A stretch of DNA of 64,000 nucleotides. Source: Phoronis australis. Taxonomy: Eukaryota; Animalia; Phoronida. The notes below the pieces were generated by a model, which was not told the origin of the DNA, ran no database searches, and saw nothing but the letters and a program-made list of their open reading frames with translations. The DNA is taken from NCBI GenBank assembly GCA_002633005.1, contig NMRA01000001.1:4010102-4074101 (forward strand), given 5' to 3'. The position numbers were made by a program, and so were the translations under genes. Positions 37,932 to 48,706 of the stretch are shown here, piece after piece (position 1 is the stretch's first letter; the number at the start of each line of letters is the position of its first letter).

Positions 37932-38540
37932 ATGAAGCACCTTCTAGCGACAGCGTGCATTATCATAATAATTTTGCTGATGGTTGAGTGCCGACCGCGA
38001 AAAACGCGAAACAGAAAAAGCAAACGCTCACACTTACTGGCTGCCAAAAATTTCACCTTACAAGCTGGCATTGAGGCCAACAACTCGCTCGCGTTTGGTC
38101 GCAAAAACCCCCTGAAAGATCAGCCAAACTTGAGCCAGAGGAATAAAAAGAATAACCCCAAACAAATAATTGGTAGCAAGAGAGCTTTAAGTGTGACGAA
38201 GTTGGACTATCTTCAGGAGGAGACATGCAAGACGCAACTTCTGAAATTAGTCATTCGCGAGGAAGGATGTCTAAGGCGGACTGTCATCAACAAGTTCTGT
38301 TATGGACAATGCAACTCATTTTACATTCCGAAAATGAACAGAAATGCCGTTCGATCCTCGTCATTTAGGTCATGCAGCTTCTGTCGACCGAAAAAATATG
38401 CATGGGTAACAATAACTTTGAAATGTCCTGGGTCGACTGTCAAATTTAAACGAAAGCGTATTCAAAAGATAAAAAGTTGCAAGTGCATGGCTGTAAAAAT
38501 TAAAGAACCAGAGAAAGACCGTGTGAAATTACAATTCTGA
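37932..38540 (+). CDS. Grem: Gremlin (DAN-family secreted BMP antagonist), single coding exon, 202 aa
   Basis: Signal peptide, basic pro-region, and nine-cysteine DAN knot CKTQLLK...EEGC...INKFCYGQCNSFYIP...SCSFCRPKK...TLKCP...KSCKC matching GREM1/2. Acceptor ttttttcag| at 37926 just before the ATG, as in vertebrate GREM1 (non-coding exon 1 plus one coding exon). Confidence 0.95.
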   Translation: MKHLLATACIIIIILLMVECRPRKTRNRKSKRSHLLAAKNFTLQAGIEANNSLAFGRKNPLKDQPNLSQRNKKNNPKQIIGSKRALSVTKLDYLQEETCKTQLLKLVIREEGCLRRTVINKFCYGQCNSFYIPKMNRNAVRSSSFRSCSFCRPKKYAWVTITLKCPGSTVKFKRKRIQKIKSCKCMAVKIKEPEKDRVKLQF

Positions 38541-38755
38541 GTCGATTGTGGGATATTCTTATACTTGCAGCAAGTTGAGATGAGGTAACTTATCACGCGT
38601 GGATAATCCTAGAACAATCAGATTGCGCCACTATTCGATATCGTTGAAATTCAATCAACAAAATATCACTTGTAGTAACGTTTCCATTGTCGCTGTTATC
38701 AATTCTCAAGCACTGAAACATAATTCTGGTCCCGTGACCGCCAAGTACAACCCGA

Positions 38756-39000
38756 GACCCCTCTTGAAGAAAATCATAGGCACATCTCGTGAATTTTTTA
38801 AAGTTTACTCGAGGCGATTTGTCAATTTTCGAGGCGAGTCTCGAAAAAAATTTGGTGATCTTGGGCTCAGGCATCAGTCTTTTAGCGATTTTTTTCTGGA
38901 AAAAATCCGGAAATTTTACCGCAAAAATGTTTGCGTTCATGTGATAAACTTTCAATAAAAAAATCTGCTAAAAATTTCGCGACGACTGGCATGAGGGGTC
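38756..39000. mobile_element. MITE in the gremlin 3' UTR
   Basis: TIR GACCCCTCTTG / CATGAGGGGTC; flanks CCCGA / CCTGA (5-bp TSD with one CpG-type change). Confidence 0.55.
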
Positions 39001-39349
39001 CCTGAGAATGAATGATGACAGTCGACAGAAATGTTATTGTGTAGCGAATTTTCTCGAGGTCTTTTTGTTATGTGTCAGTTCATGGTTGAAGTTCCCATTC
39101 CGACAGCATGAGAAACTTGAACGACATGAGAGTTTGCGTGCGTTGAACGCGTAACGGTTTATTCAAAAGTTTGGTTAGTCAAAAGAGTAATCGATTAGCC
39201 ACCTACGAAAGTGCTATTGATTGACAGTAAGGAGATTATAACACGTTAGTGTTGACAGAGGGAGTGGTACGAATAACCTGGGTGTACGTTGTTAATATTT
39301 TACATCTTATTTATTTAAATTTGAAAAATGTGTAAATAGGTTTACATAG

Positions 39350-39355
39350 AATAAA
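39350..39355 (+). terminator. Candidate gremlin poly(A) signal
   Basis: AATAAA preceded by AU-rich TTATTTATTTA (about 39307) and followed by GT-rich sequence. An earlier AATAAA at 38954 lies in a MITE. Confidence 0.45.
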
Positions 39356-42329
39356 TGTGTAAGTAACTTGTCGCGGATATGTGTTGAATTGTATATCTTC
39401 GTATACTATGTCAAAATACAACAGTTATTTTATCAACCTGGTTATGTATCTGTCGCCTATCGAATGACGGTAGACGGTGGGGGAGCAAATGTAAAAATGT
39501 TATTCATGTGAGAATAGTTCGAAGTGGGCAAAATGTATGATTGTTGGAGCGCCGACCAAAGCAGGGTAAGTGGCTCTTATGGCGCAATAGGGCATATTCA
39601 GATTTTCATGACTTACATTTTTCTTCCCTGTTGTCCATTAAAACATCCATTTGAGGAAAAGACTAAATTAATGACACGGGAAACGACCAACTCCTTTTCC
39701 GGTCACTGCTAGCAGTGCTGGCCCACATGAGCAACACGCTATACAAGGAACCAAATCCGACACTGAATACTCCCGAGTTCAAAAACATTAAAAATAGCTA
39801 TCAAGCCAGGCTCCGTCCAAGTGTCGAAATTTTGATTTAGACCGCTTACAGCTATCATAAAATTGTTCTTAACGTTTTCCTTGCTCCGGATTTCTGAGTT
39901 TCCAAAGAGCTGGCAGTACCGTTATTCGCTGAAACCATCATGAACGACGAATAAAATAAGACGCCGTAAGAATCCAACTTGTAGAGTATGATCTTAACTA
40001 ATATCGATTGATTGTTAGTTCTTTCGAAGCCGTGATATCAGCTTCAATTTCATTCAAGAACAATTTGAGACCAATTCCACGATTAAAAGTGGTCCAAACC
40101 AAAAATTTCTTTTTAGAGAGGTTCTCACGTACAGACGTTATGGACATGACAACCGCGTATTAGTCAGTTTCTGTACGACGTTATCGTGCGAAGGTGTTAT
40201 TGTAAATGTGTGAAGTCATTTGGACATCTGGACCATTCGGTATTTTCGTAGCCTCAAATTTTCACTAAGAGCATCCGGAACAACTCGAGTATTTCCGTAG
40301 CGAATATCCGAGGTGTTCCGTTTGCCTCGAATCGGAGGTAAGGTTATTTGTCCATGTGCTCCAATCGATCTCCAGTTTGAAAGTCGTATGTCTGAAGTTC
40401 GCATACGGGCAGATAGCGTTCACCTCCGTGCGGAAATTGTTGTATCGAACGAGCTTCAATTTGCGTTGGGTTTCTTTGAGTACATTTCACGAGAATGGTA
40501 GTGTGCGTAAAGTTACTGGTGCAACGAGTTCATCCTCAGTTCCCTGTTCTCAAGGTTCAGAACATACGAAATGCATAAAACTTGTTCTCAGGTAAAAAAT
40601 AGTGATCAATCAAATTTATCTTTCGTTTCGAAACTTTATTTTTATATGCACTTTCGGTTTTGAAAATGATTTTACAGACGCTTTTTCTAAATACCAATGA
40701 AATTTTGATTTTTATTAAAATAATTATACATGGGTTTAAAAGAATTTATCGATCACAAAAGCAAAGACTGTTAAAAATGTTATATGTTTACTGTAGTAAT
40801 ATAACTTAATATTCAAGATGGACATGACCAAAATTAAAGCAGGCGGTTCCGTGTAATTTAGGGTACGTGAAGATCAGGACGACACTGAGCGCCTACCGGT
40901 GTCGATAAACGAAATTACTTCAACATCAGACCAACCAGCTACTCGATTGGGTTAATTATTTTTGCATTTATTCAATGAGTCCGCGAGAGTGAGAGGTGAA
41001 TGCAAGCTGGTCTCGTCACATGCTAATGCGAAGATAGGATTTGTATATGCAAATTAGTATGGTAAGATAAACGCGTTTTTGGGTTTAAATTTAAACCTCC
41101 ATGTGTGAGAACAATCAGAGGATTGCGTCCAGTTCATCGGGGAGTTCTTGACAGTATTTTCAATTGACGGCAAGTGAGGGTAAGAAATTAGAATACCCAC
41201 TCATTTAACGAATTAACACCAAAAAGAGCAAATGAATATTCATTTACAGGGTCTCGGAATTTAAGAACCAGTTTGACACTTGGTTCTCAACATCCGAGAT
41301 CCCATTGGCAAAACATTCTTATCGTTTTAGATACAAAAAGCACAAAAAACACCGCAATAGACGATACTCAATTTTAAAATACAAATTGTTCCCTCGAAAA
41401 TTGTTTTGACCAGCCGTCGTTTTGTGAGCTTGTATTCAGTTCCCGGTGACCCACGACATTTAGTAAATCAATATTAAAAAGTCGAAGTTCAATCGACAAC
41501 TACGAAAACAAATAGTTTACACTTTCATTTTCAATAACTTGTGTTATTTTCGGATAAACTCAGTGGTTGTTTACCTAATCCAACAAAATGCAGTGCAACT
41601 TAGTTGCATTCGCGATGGAGGCCAGGGGTTGGTTGACCCGCTAGGACAGTGTACCGGTCTCGGATTCCGAGAAAGTCTTGTTTTGCAATAAATCCAGATG
41701 ATCGATATTTATTTCTTCACAAGTGCATTGCGTAAGAAGGCATGCTTATTCCACTGGATATACAAACAACAACAAAACTTCGTTTCTTTCAACATTTTTG
41801 TGATACATCCAGATGGACGACAAATTTAATTTTCCAAAAGCACTGACAGAATGTTTTGTCTTCGGAGATAAAAAAACTATCAGCATACCATTCCATTCTT
41901 GCTATTATTGTTATTATTTTTTACACAAAATGTTCCATAAGTGTCCAGAATAGAGTACTCTGCCTGGATATTCAAATATATGTGGTTAACTTTGTACCAA
42001 CTTTTAAAGGCAAGGAATTGTTGAGTTTAATGCACGCCCCGTCGGCCGGCTTCGAATTTACAGCCAAGTTAATTTTCAAACCTAATTTTCAATAATAATT
42101 TATCCAATCTAACAAAAAGAAAAGCTCACAGACGCTGCGCCTACGAAAAATTTGGTCGTGACAATCGCGCTCATGGAGTTTTTATCACTAGAAACTTGAC
42201 AAAATGCATTTGGACTGACATTTGTTTTGGTAAAGCCTGTATCAACGTCCTTAGGTTGGCGAGAATCTATTGGAAACGCCAACTACAACAATGGTCATCC
42301 TTATCCCCATCCAAGTCCTCGACTGGCTT

Positions 42330-42680
42330 AAGTTGCATTTTGACCTGTTCAGCTAGCTAAAAAACGAAACTCAAACTCGGCCTTATACTCCAGTAAAACC
42401 GGTCTCATAAAATTCTTTACCGTGATAGGATTCTACCGCCGCTACCAACAATAATAACGAAACCATCGGCGACTCAAGAAAACACTTCAGAGTATAGGGT
42501 TTGGCCAACCCTACAATTTCAAAAATGAAACTAGCATGTACGCATTGCCTGTGATTGAATTGCCGGCTCATTCGACAATTCCAAATCGGATGAGCGTCAT
42601 AAGGTCTCATGCTTTTGAACCCCTAAGCGCTTCGGTTAAAGAATTCAGCATCGACATCTAAGCAGCGGGTAGATACAACT
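42330..42680 (+). repeat. Dispersed repeat with partial copies at 26150-26320 and 45170-45400
   Basis: Shared words gactcaagaaaa..cttcagagt, ttcagct.gctaaaaa and taaagaattca.ca..gaca. Confidence 0.6.
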
Positions 42681-43895
42681 TAACTGATCAATTAGTCGAA
42701 TTAATGTTAAAGTCCCTAGGCCACTAATACAGTTTACAAGGAGAAGAGAATACGAAGCAGTTGTTAAACAGAAAAACGAATAACTTCTTTGAGCGGTCTC
42801 CTATTCAGCCTTCAGTTTGAGTGAAAGTTGACGCATTCAGTTCACACATTTACTCCTGCCAGGCGACTGTGGATACCGGCAAGTTGATGACCACAACGCT
42901 TACAGATTTACGATACTTATACCGGAAGATAATAGATTTTTAGCTGTTCGTTTTGGTACGGAAACATACAAACAGGCTCTAATATTAAAAGAGGTTGCCC
43001 ATCACGTGATATTTAGTAGCAAGGGAAAAGCCTTATCAGAGACCTAGTAATAGCGATAAGTTCCTGGAAAGGCTTTCTGTAACAAATAAATATCGTGAGA
43101 ATAGATATATCCGTTTACGTCAGAGTCTATCCGTACGTTTTCTCTGCATCAAAACCGATCGCCGAAAATCTCTAATAGCCGATTAAAAATTTCGTAATGT
43201 TTATATTCATATATTCGATTCTTCTGGTTAAAACACTAGATACATTTCCATTTCAATAAGTGCCTACAGTGCATCGTATACTGTATTTAGTTGCTGGAGT
43301 TTGAGAATGTATAAAAACAAATAGGTTTCGGCAGTGTTGATTAGAACACTCCGCACAGTAAACACCATGCAACATAAAACGTCCACCGATGGGAAATGAC
43401 AAGGTAGTTCATTATTCGTAGAGACCATGCACGGCGCATAAAGTAACGCGGCGTTACAAGCCAACTTGCAGGACACGATTTCAGACAACAATGAAGTGCC
43501 AATTCTTTCGAAGAGCCCAGAAATCATCTGCAACTTGGTTAAGGGACAACTGGAGTTCATAACCGCGAGTGGCCGAAAAGTTGTTTTTGTGATTGAAGGC
43601 GGGGATCGTTGCATTTCGTCATTGTTCAATGATGGCAACGTAACGCAGATGTGCCAAGTGTAGTCTTTCATTGTCAGAGGCGGTACTGTCCCGCTTTTTC
43701 AAGGTTTGTTCCGTCGTCCCGTCACATCATCAATACGTACCACTTTTTGGCACGCTATCGGGGGGGGGGTGGTTTAAATGGTGCGACATCCGCATTTTCT
43801 CGCAGCAAAAAACAAAAACGCTATGGGGCGTTTACGGGTGTTCCAGCGGACATTTGTGGCCTAGGCCTAGACGACATGCTTTATTTTAGGATGTN

Positions 43896-44010
43896 GACCT
43901 CCCCCCATTTGGTGCTATGCGCATCTACAATCGTGGTTCAGTTTGCGCAAATGTTTACAGCCGGACAGAAAGTTGGGCCCCCCCCTTGTGATACCCTAGA
44001 TCCGCCACTG
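43896..44010 (-). mobile_element. Family B terminal fragment
   Basis: Reverse-complement similarity to 55884-55995, ending CTAGATCCGCCACTG; starts at the N at 43895. Confidence 0.7.
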
Positions 44011-45889
44011 GTAATTTACGCACGTAAATTAACTTCAAGTTATGCCACAAATGATTACTTTACACCGTTAAAACTTACTTTAAGTTGCAAATAATACCTT
44101 CACGCCGTTAAAAGTTAATTTACACCGCGATTACTTTAGGCCAGTAAAAGTTTTACCTTCCAAGTAATTACTTTACGGCGTTAATAAATTTATGCCACTA
44201 TTTAATTTACGCACGCAATTTATGTGCGTATAGATATCAGCCGACAGTCGGACTATCGGGAGCGTTCGCCGGACCAGGGTGTCGGAATAAAAAATCACCA
44301 AGCACTGCTGCCGATTACCTGATCATGCTGGGGATCGGGATAGAATTCGAAAGGCGTGCAAGACAGTCTTGTGAAAAACATTTGAGCGGCTCAAAGGGTA
44401 CGCTGCACAGTGGCTTTGCTGCCCTAGTCAACTTCGCATTGTGTCGGCGTCTGTGTAGTTTGCCTTGCCTCATTGTTACTTCTTCCAGAAAATGAGTAAC
44501 GACAAAGTCTCAAAATATTGCCATCTTTTTATCTGGTACTGAAATATTCCTTGGTGATCTACTTAACATTTATTCCATAAAAAGACAACACAGTAATGGA
44601 ATTCACGATGTGTATCGCATGTTTTGATGAACTCTGTAGAAAACTAGATTATGTAATGGTCACAGAATAGTTTGTCTGGGTCAGTTGACCATTACCGTAT
44701 ATGGCAAACATAGTAGTGAATTTCTTGTGATTGTTTCAGAAGTTCTTAAAGTAGTTTACTGTCATATCCTGTAGAATTCTGAATAATGGAATTTAGCCCA
44801 TGCAACCCACACATTTGAAACATGTACATAAATCTTACATTTGTCTAATAAATATAGTTCTCCTGTTGCTGCTACCCGGTTGCTGTTACTTGTCTCAATT
44901 TAGTGTTCTACACTTAATTATTGAATAGGACCATCTCATTGATGGACCAAGGTGTGTAATTACACAACGCTGCTACATTTCAGTAGTTTCTTCCTACACT
45001 ATACAGCAAACACTGTCACCTACTTAAACAACAATCTCCAGATACTCCGAGGAAAAGGGTATCGTAGCATCCACTGAATCCCGTGTCAATGAATTCCAGC
45101 GTACTGTTACTTTGCCCTGAATGATTCACAGTATGTGAAATGGGTCTCCTGGTATACCTTAGGTGTTAGGATTCCAAGTCCCTGACTCAAGAAAATGCTT
45201 CAGAGTTCACTGGGAAAGGCCAAGCAAAAAATTGCGGATTTGATTATAGCGAGCGCAGGTACACATACCCTGTGGCCGGAGTTCGGCCTGCTCATGGGCA
45301 ACAATTCAAGACTGGATGAGGGTGGCAATATTTTAAACCCTAAAGCGTTTTGGTAAAGAATTCAACACTGACAGCCCAACAGCAGGAACTTTGTGAGTTC
45401 AACTGCCTACCCGTGACTCTTTTCCTGGTTTGTGCAATAAAGCAAGCGAATTCAAACAAACTCAGCAAAGTAAAATAAATTTAAACAACCAACAAACAAA
45501 TACAACACAATATTAGCAGTGACAGGATATTTTTAGCTCTCAACAAATGCTTCAGATATCAGAATGAAAAGCAATGCACATTACGAGCTAATCATTCTCA
45601 GATCTTTCCAACACAAGAAACTTTGCTTTTGTCACTACAAAGAAAACCATCAAGCAAGCTTCAAATGGCCAGCAAATTAATTAAACAATAAACTGAGCAA
45701 TGGGCTCTCAAAAAGCCCATAACAAATAGCTTGGGAACACCGTTGGTTTGTAAAGAAACACAACATTCACAAAATCAAACAAAATGACAAATTATACAAC
45801 TCCACTCAGAGGAGATGTCCTTGTCATAGCACATATCACATATTCTCAAATCTACACCAGCACCACATATTCAGAGACCTTTTCATAAC

Positions 45890-46380
45890 AATTCTTTAAA
45901 ACCCCATGCAATGTACTTCCCACAGTAGACCTGATACAGTATATTTTCCTCAGTAGACACAAATATAGCGGGCTATCTACTTTTAAAACCCCATACACTG
46001 CACTTTTCTCTGTAGACATAATATAGGCTAGTATATTTTCCTCAGTAGACACAAATAGCAGACTACCTACTTTTAAAACCCCACGAAGTGTACTTTCCTC
46101 AGTAGACCGTGACAACGCTAATATACTTTCCCTAGTAGACACAAATAGCAGGCTATCTAATTCCCCCCTCCCCCCAAACTATCTATTTTTAAAATCTCGC
46201 TTAGTGTACTTTCCTCTAGACATGCTAACCATAGTGTATTTTCTTCAATAGACACAAACAGCATGCGATCTACTTTTAAAACCCCATGCAATGTAGGTCC
46301 CTCAGTAGTCATAATCTAAGTATATTTTCCTTGGTAGACACAAGTAAAAGGCTATCTACCTTTAAGACCCCATAACTTGC
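45890..46380 (+). repeat. Minisatellite, about 86-90-bp unit, about 6 copies (partly duplicated at 47011-47230)
   Basis: ttt(t)aaaacccca-like starts at about 45895, 45981, 46071, 46187, 46274 and 46361, with internal tcctcagtagac sub-repeats. Confidence 0.8.
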
Positions 46381-47860
46381 AAGGTAGAATTCAGTAACAC
46401 TCGAACCTCGCTAAAAAGCAAGACTTCGAGAGATTACGTGAGATATTGCCATGTATTTTAAATGAGAACACATGATTTTGGCTAGCGTTACTGAACTCTA
46501 CGCAGGGCTATGTATACAATCAGGCTAACAAATACCGAAACAAAATGGGTTTTTAAAAATCAACAATTTTGGGGGACACTGAAGCTCAGTTCCAGAGGGT
46601 CACTTCACATAGTTCTGAGAAAAGTGAACCTACAGTTTACGGTAAAAATCTCACCAATTTAAAACATTTGATAAGCAGCACATGTAAAATTTCATATCTT
46701 ACTTTACCATTAAAGAGAAATAGCACCAAATAAATGCTTGATACTGTAGCAACCATCACGTAATGTTATGAGAAATTATGGGCATTCATTACGATAATAA
46801 TGCCTTTGAAAAATGAAAGATTTTGGCAATTACTTTTGTCCGAAATTTCCCCCATTAACTTGAGATTTCATCACACTATAAAGGTAGCTAGCAAAACACA
46901 TGCGCGCACCCCAGCCTTTTTAATATGGGGGGCTCGAATTTTCGACATTGTGGATCTTTTACCGACAAAAGTCGAAGGACTAAAAAAAAAAAAAAAAANN
47001 NNNNNNNNNNACTATCTATTTTTAAAATCTCGCTTAGTGTACTTTCCTCTAGACATGCTAACCATAGTGTATTTTCTTCAATAGACACAAACAGCATGCG
47101 ATCTACTTTTAAAACCCCATGCACTGTAGGTCCCTCAGTAGTCATAATCTAAGTATATTTTCCTTAGTAGGCACAAGTAAAAGGCTATCTACCTTTAAGA
47201 CCCCATGCAGAGTACCGCTCCTCAGTAGACATAACTTGCAAGGTAGAATTCAGTAACACTTGAACCTCGCTAAAAAGCAAGACTTCACGAGATTACTTGA
47301 GATATTGCCATGTATTTTAAATGAGAACACATGATTTTGGCTAGTGTTACTGAACTCTACCCAGGCTATGTAAACAATCAGGCTAACAAATACCAAAACA
47401 ACATGGGTTTTAAAATTCAACAATTTTGGGGGACACTGAAGCTCAGTTCCAGAGGGTCACTTCACATAGTTCTGAGAAAAGTGAACCTACAGTTTACGGT
47501 AAAAATCTCACCAATTTAAAACATTTGATAAGCAGCACGTGTAAAATTTCATATCGTACTTTACCATTAAAGAGAAATAGCACCAAATAAATGCTTGATA
47601 CTATAGCAACCATCAGGTAATGTTATGAGAAATTATGGGCATTCACAACGATAATAAAAGCCTTTGAAAAATGAAAGATTTTGGCAATTACTTTTGTCCG
47701 AAATAAGTGAGATTTCCCCCATTAACTTGAGATTTCATCACACTATAAAGGTAGCTAGCAAAACACATGCGCGCACCCCAGCCTTTTTAATATGGGGGGC
47801 TCGAATTTTCGACATTGTGGATCTTTTACCGACAAAAGTCGAAGGACTAAAAAAAAAAAA
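46178..47860. other. About 820-bp duplication across the N run 46999-47010 (likely uncollapsed alleles)
   Basis: 46178-46998 versus 47011-47860, with SNPs and small indels. Confidence 0.85.
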
Positions 47861-48000
47861 GGGTACCACGTCCACAGATGCAAATTGTGCATTTGCGCCT
47901 GTTTAGTGGACTTTTTGTTTCTCTGAGGCAGACCTTTTTGTCCACTTGGCCAAATGGGGGGCTCATTCGAGCCCCCCGAGCCCCCCTGGGTGCACGCATA
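47766..48000 (+). mobile_element. MITE family A copy (partial allelic duplicate at 46899-46998)
   Basis: CATGCGCGCACCCCA ... TGGGTGCACGCATA, flanks AAACA / AAATA. Confidence 0.8.
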
Positions 48001-48070
48001 AAATAAATTACCAGGATATGAGCTAAAAGTGAAATCAAGCACATTGGAGAGTGCCTGAGGCCAAAGTTAA

Positions 48071-48571
48071 AGTTATGAGTAACCTTAGAAAAGTGTTTAA
48101 ATCTGACTTACTTAACATCATGACTGAGCAATGGTTGACTGGATTCTAGATTTAATGATTTTTGCTCTGTTTTTCAAAATGCTGCAAGGAATTGTTTAAA
48201 ATGTTTTATTTTTACAAAAAGGTGATATCGAAAATTGTGATTCTTATGAATTTGATGAAAAAACTCAAAAGTTGCATGAAATGAAGATAATTTTAAGAAA
48301 TTGTTACATCATTTTTGAAAATTTGTCATGAAAGTTCATATCAAAAAAATTTGGTCATTACTACTGATATCATTGTACTTTTCTATTTTGCTAAATTTTC
48401 CAAAAAAGCATGGTAACACCTGTCCCAATGATCAAAGGCTGATTGGTATGAGCTAAAAATGATATATTATGCTTTCCACTTTCAGAAAAGTATACTTTCA
48501 TTGGTACGAACTCTATAGTTCTTAGATATTTGACTGAAAGTACAGACTTTCTGATAAAGTTACTTATAACC
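48071..48571 (+). mobile_element. MITE family C copy just downstream of the formin stop codon
   Basis: TTAA|AGTTATGAGTAACCTTA ... TAAAGTTACTTATAACC inverted termini; internal similarity to the other two copies. Confidence 0.65.
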
Positions 48572-48664
48572 CTAGTTCATGTATGAGAAGTTTGGAAAAT
48601 TGTAAACAGCTATCAGAAAATCTGTAACCTATCCCAGCTTGATCTGGCTTTCCACGTCAGTTCT

Positions 48665-48706
48665 TCAGATGGACGTTAACATTCCTTTACTGGCCAGCTT
48701 GGCTTT
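48665..48706 (-). CDS. Fmn: Formin last coding exon (KAKLASKGMLTSI*)
   Basis: Acceptor tttatttgcag|, phase 0, stop TGA at 48667-48665. Resembles the FMN2 tail KAKISMKT* (Spire-binding FSI region). Confidence 0.8.
   Translation of the reverse strand, partial: KAKLASKGMLTSI

Noticed and set aside
38593-38958. Sense and antisense ORFs of about 120 aa after gremlin
   Set aside because: They run through 3' UTR and a MITE, use non-ATG starts and have no recognisable domain.
42030-42145. tRNA-like 5' and 3' fragments on the - strand
   Set aside because: Boxes are poor and separated by unrelated AT-rich sequence; no cloverleaf.
45852-47230. Repeat array as a CRISPR or a repeat-protein gene
   Set aside because: Degenerate minisatellite without unique spacers or cas genes, in a eukaryotic context; the ORFs are by-products of the repeat.
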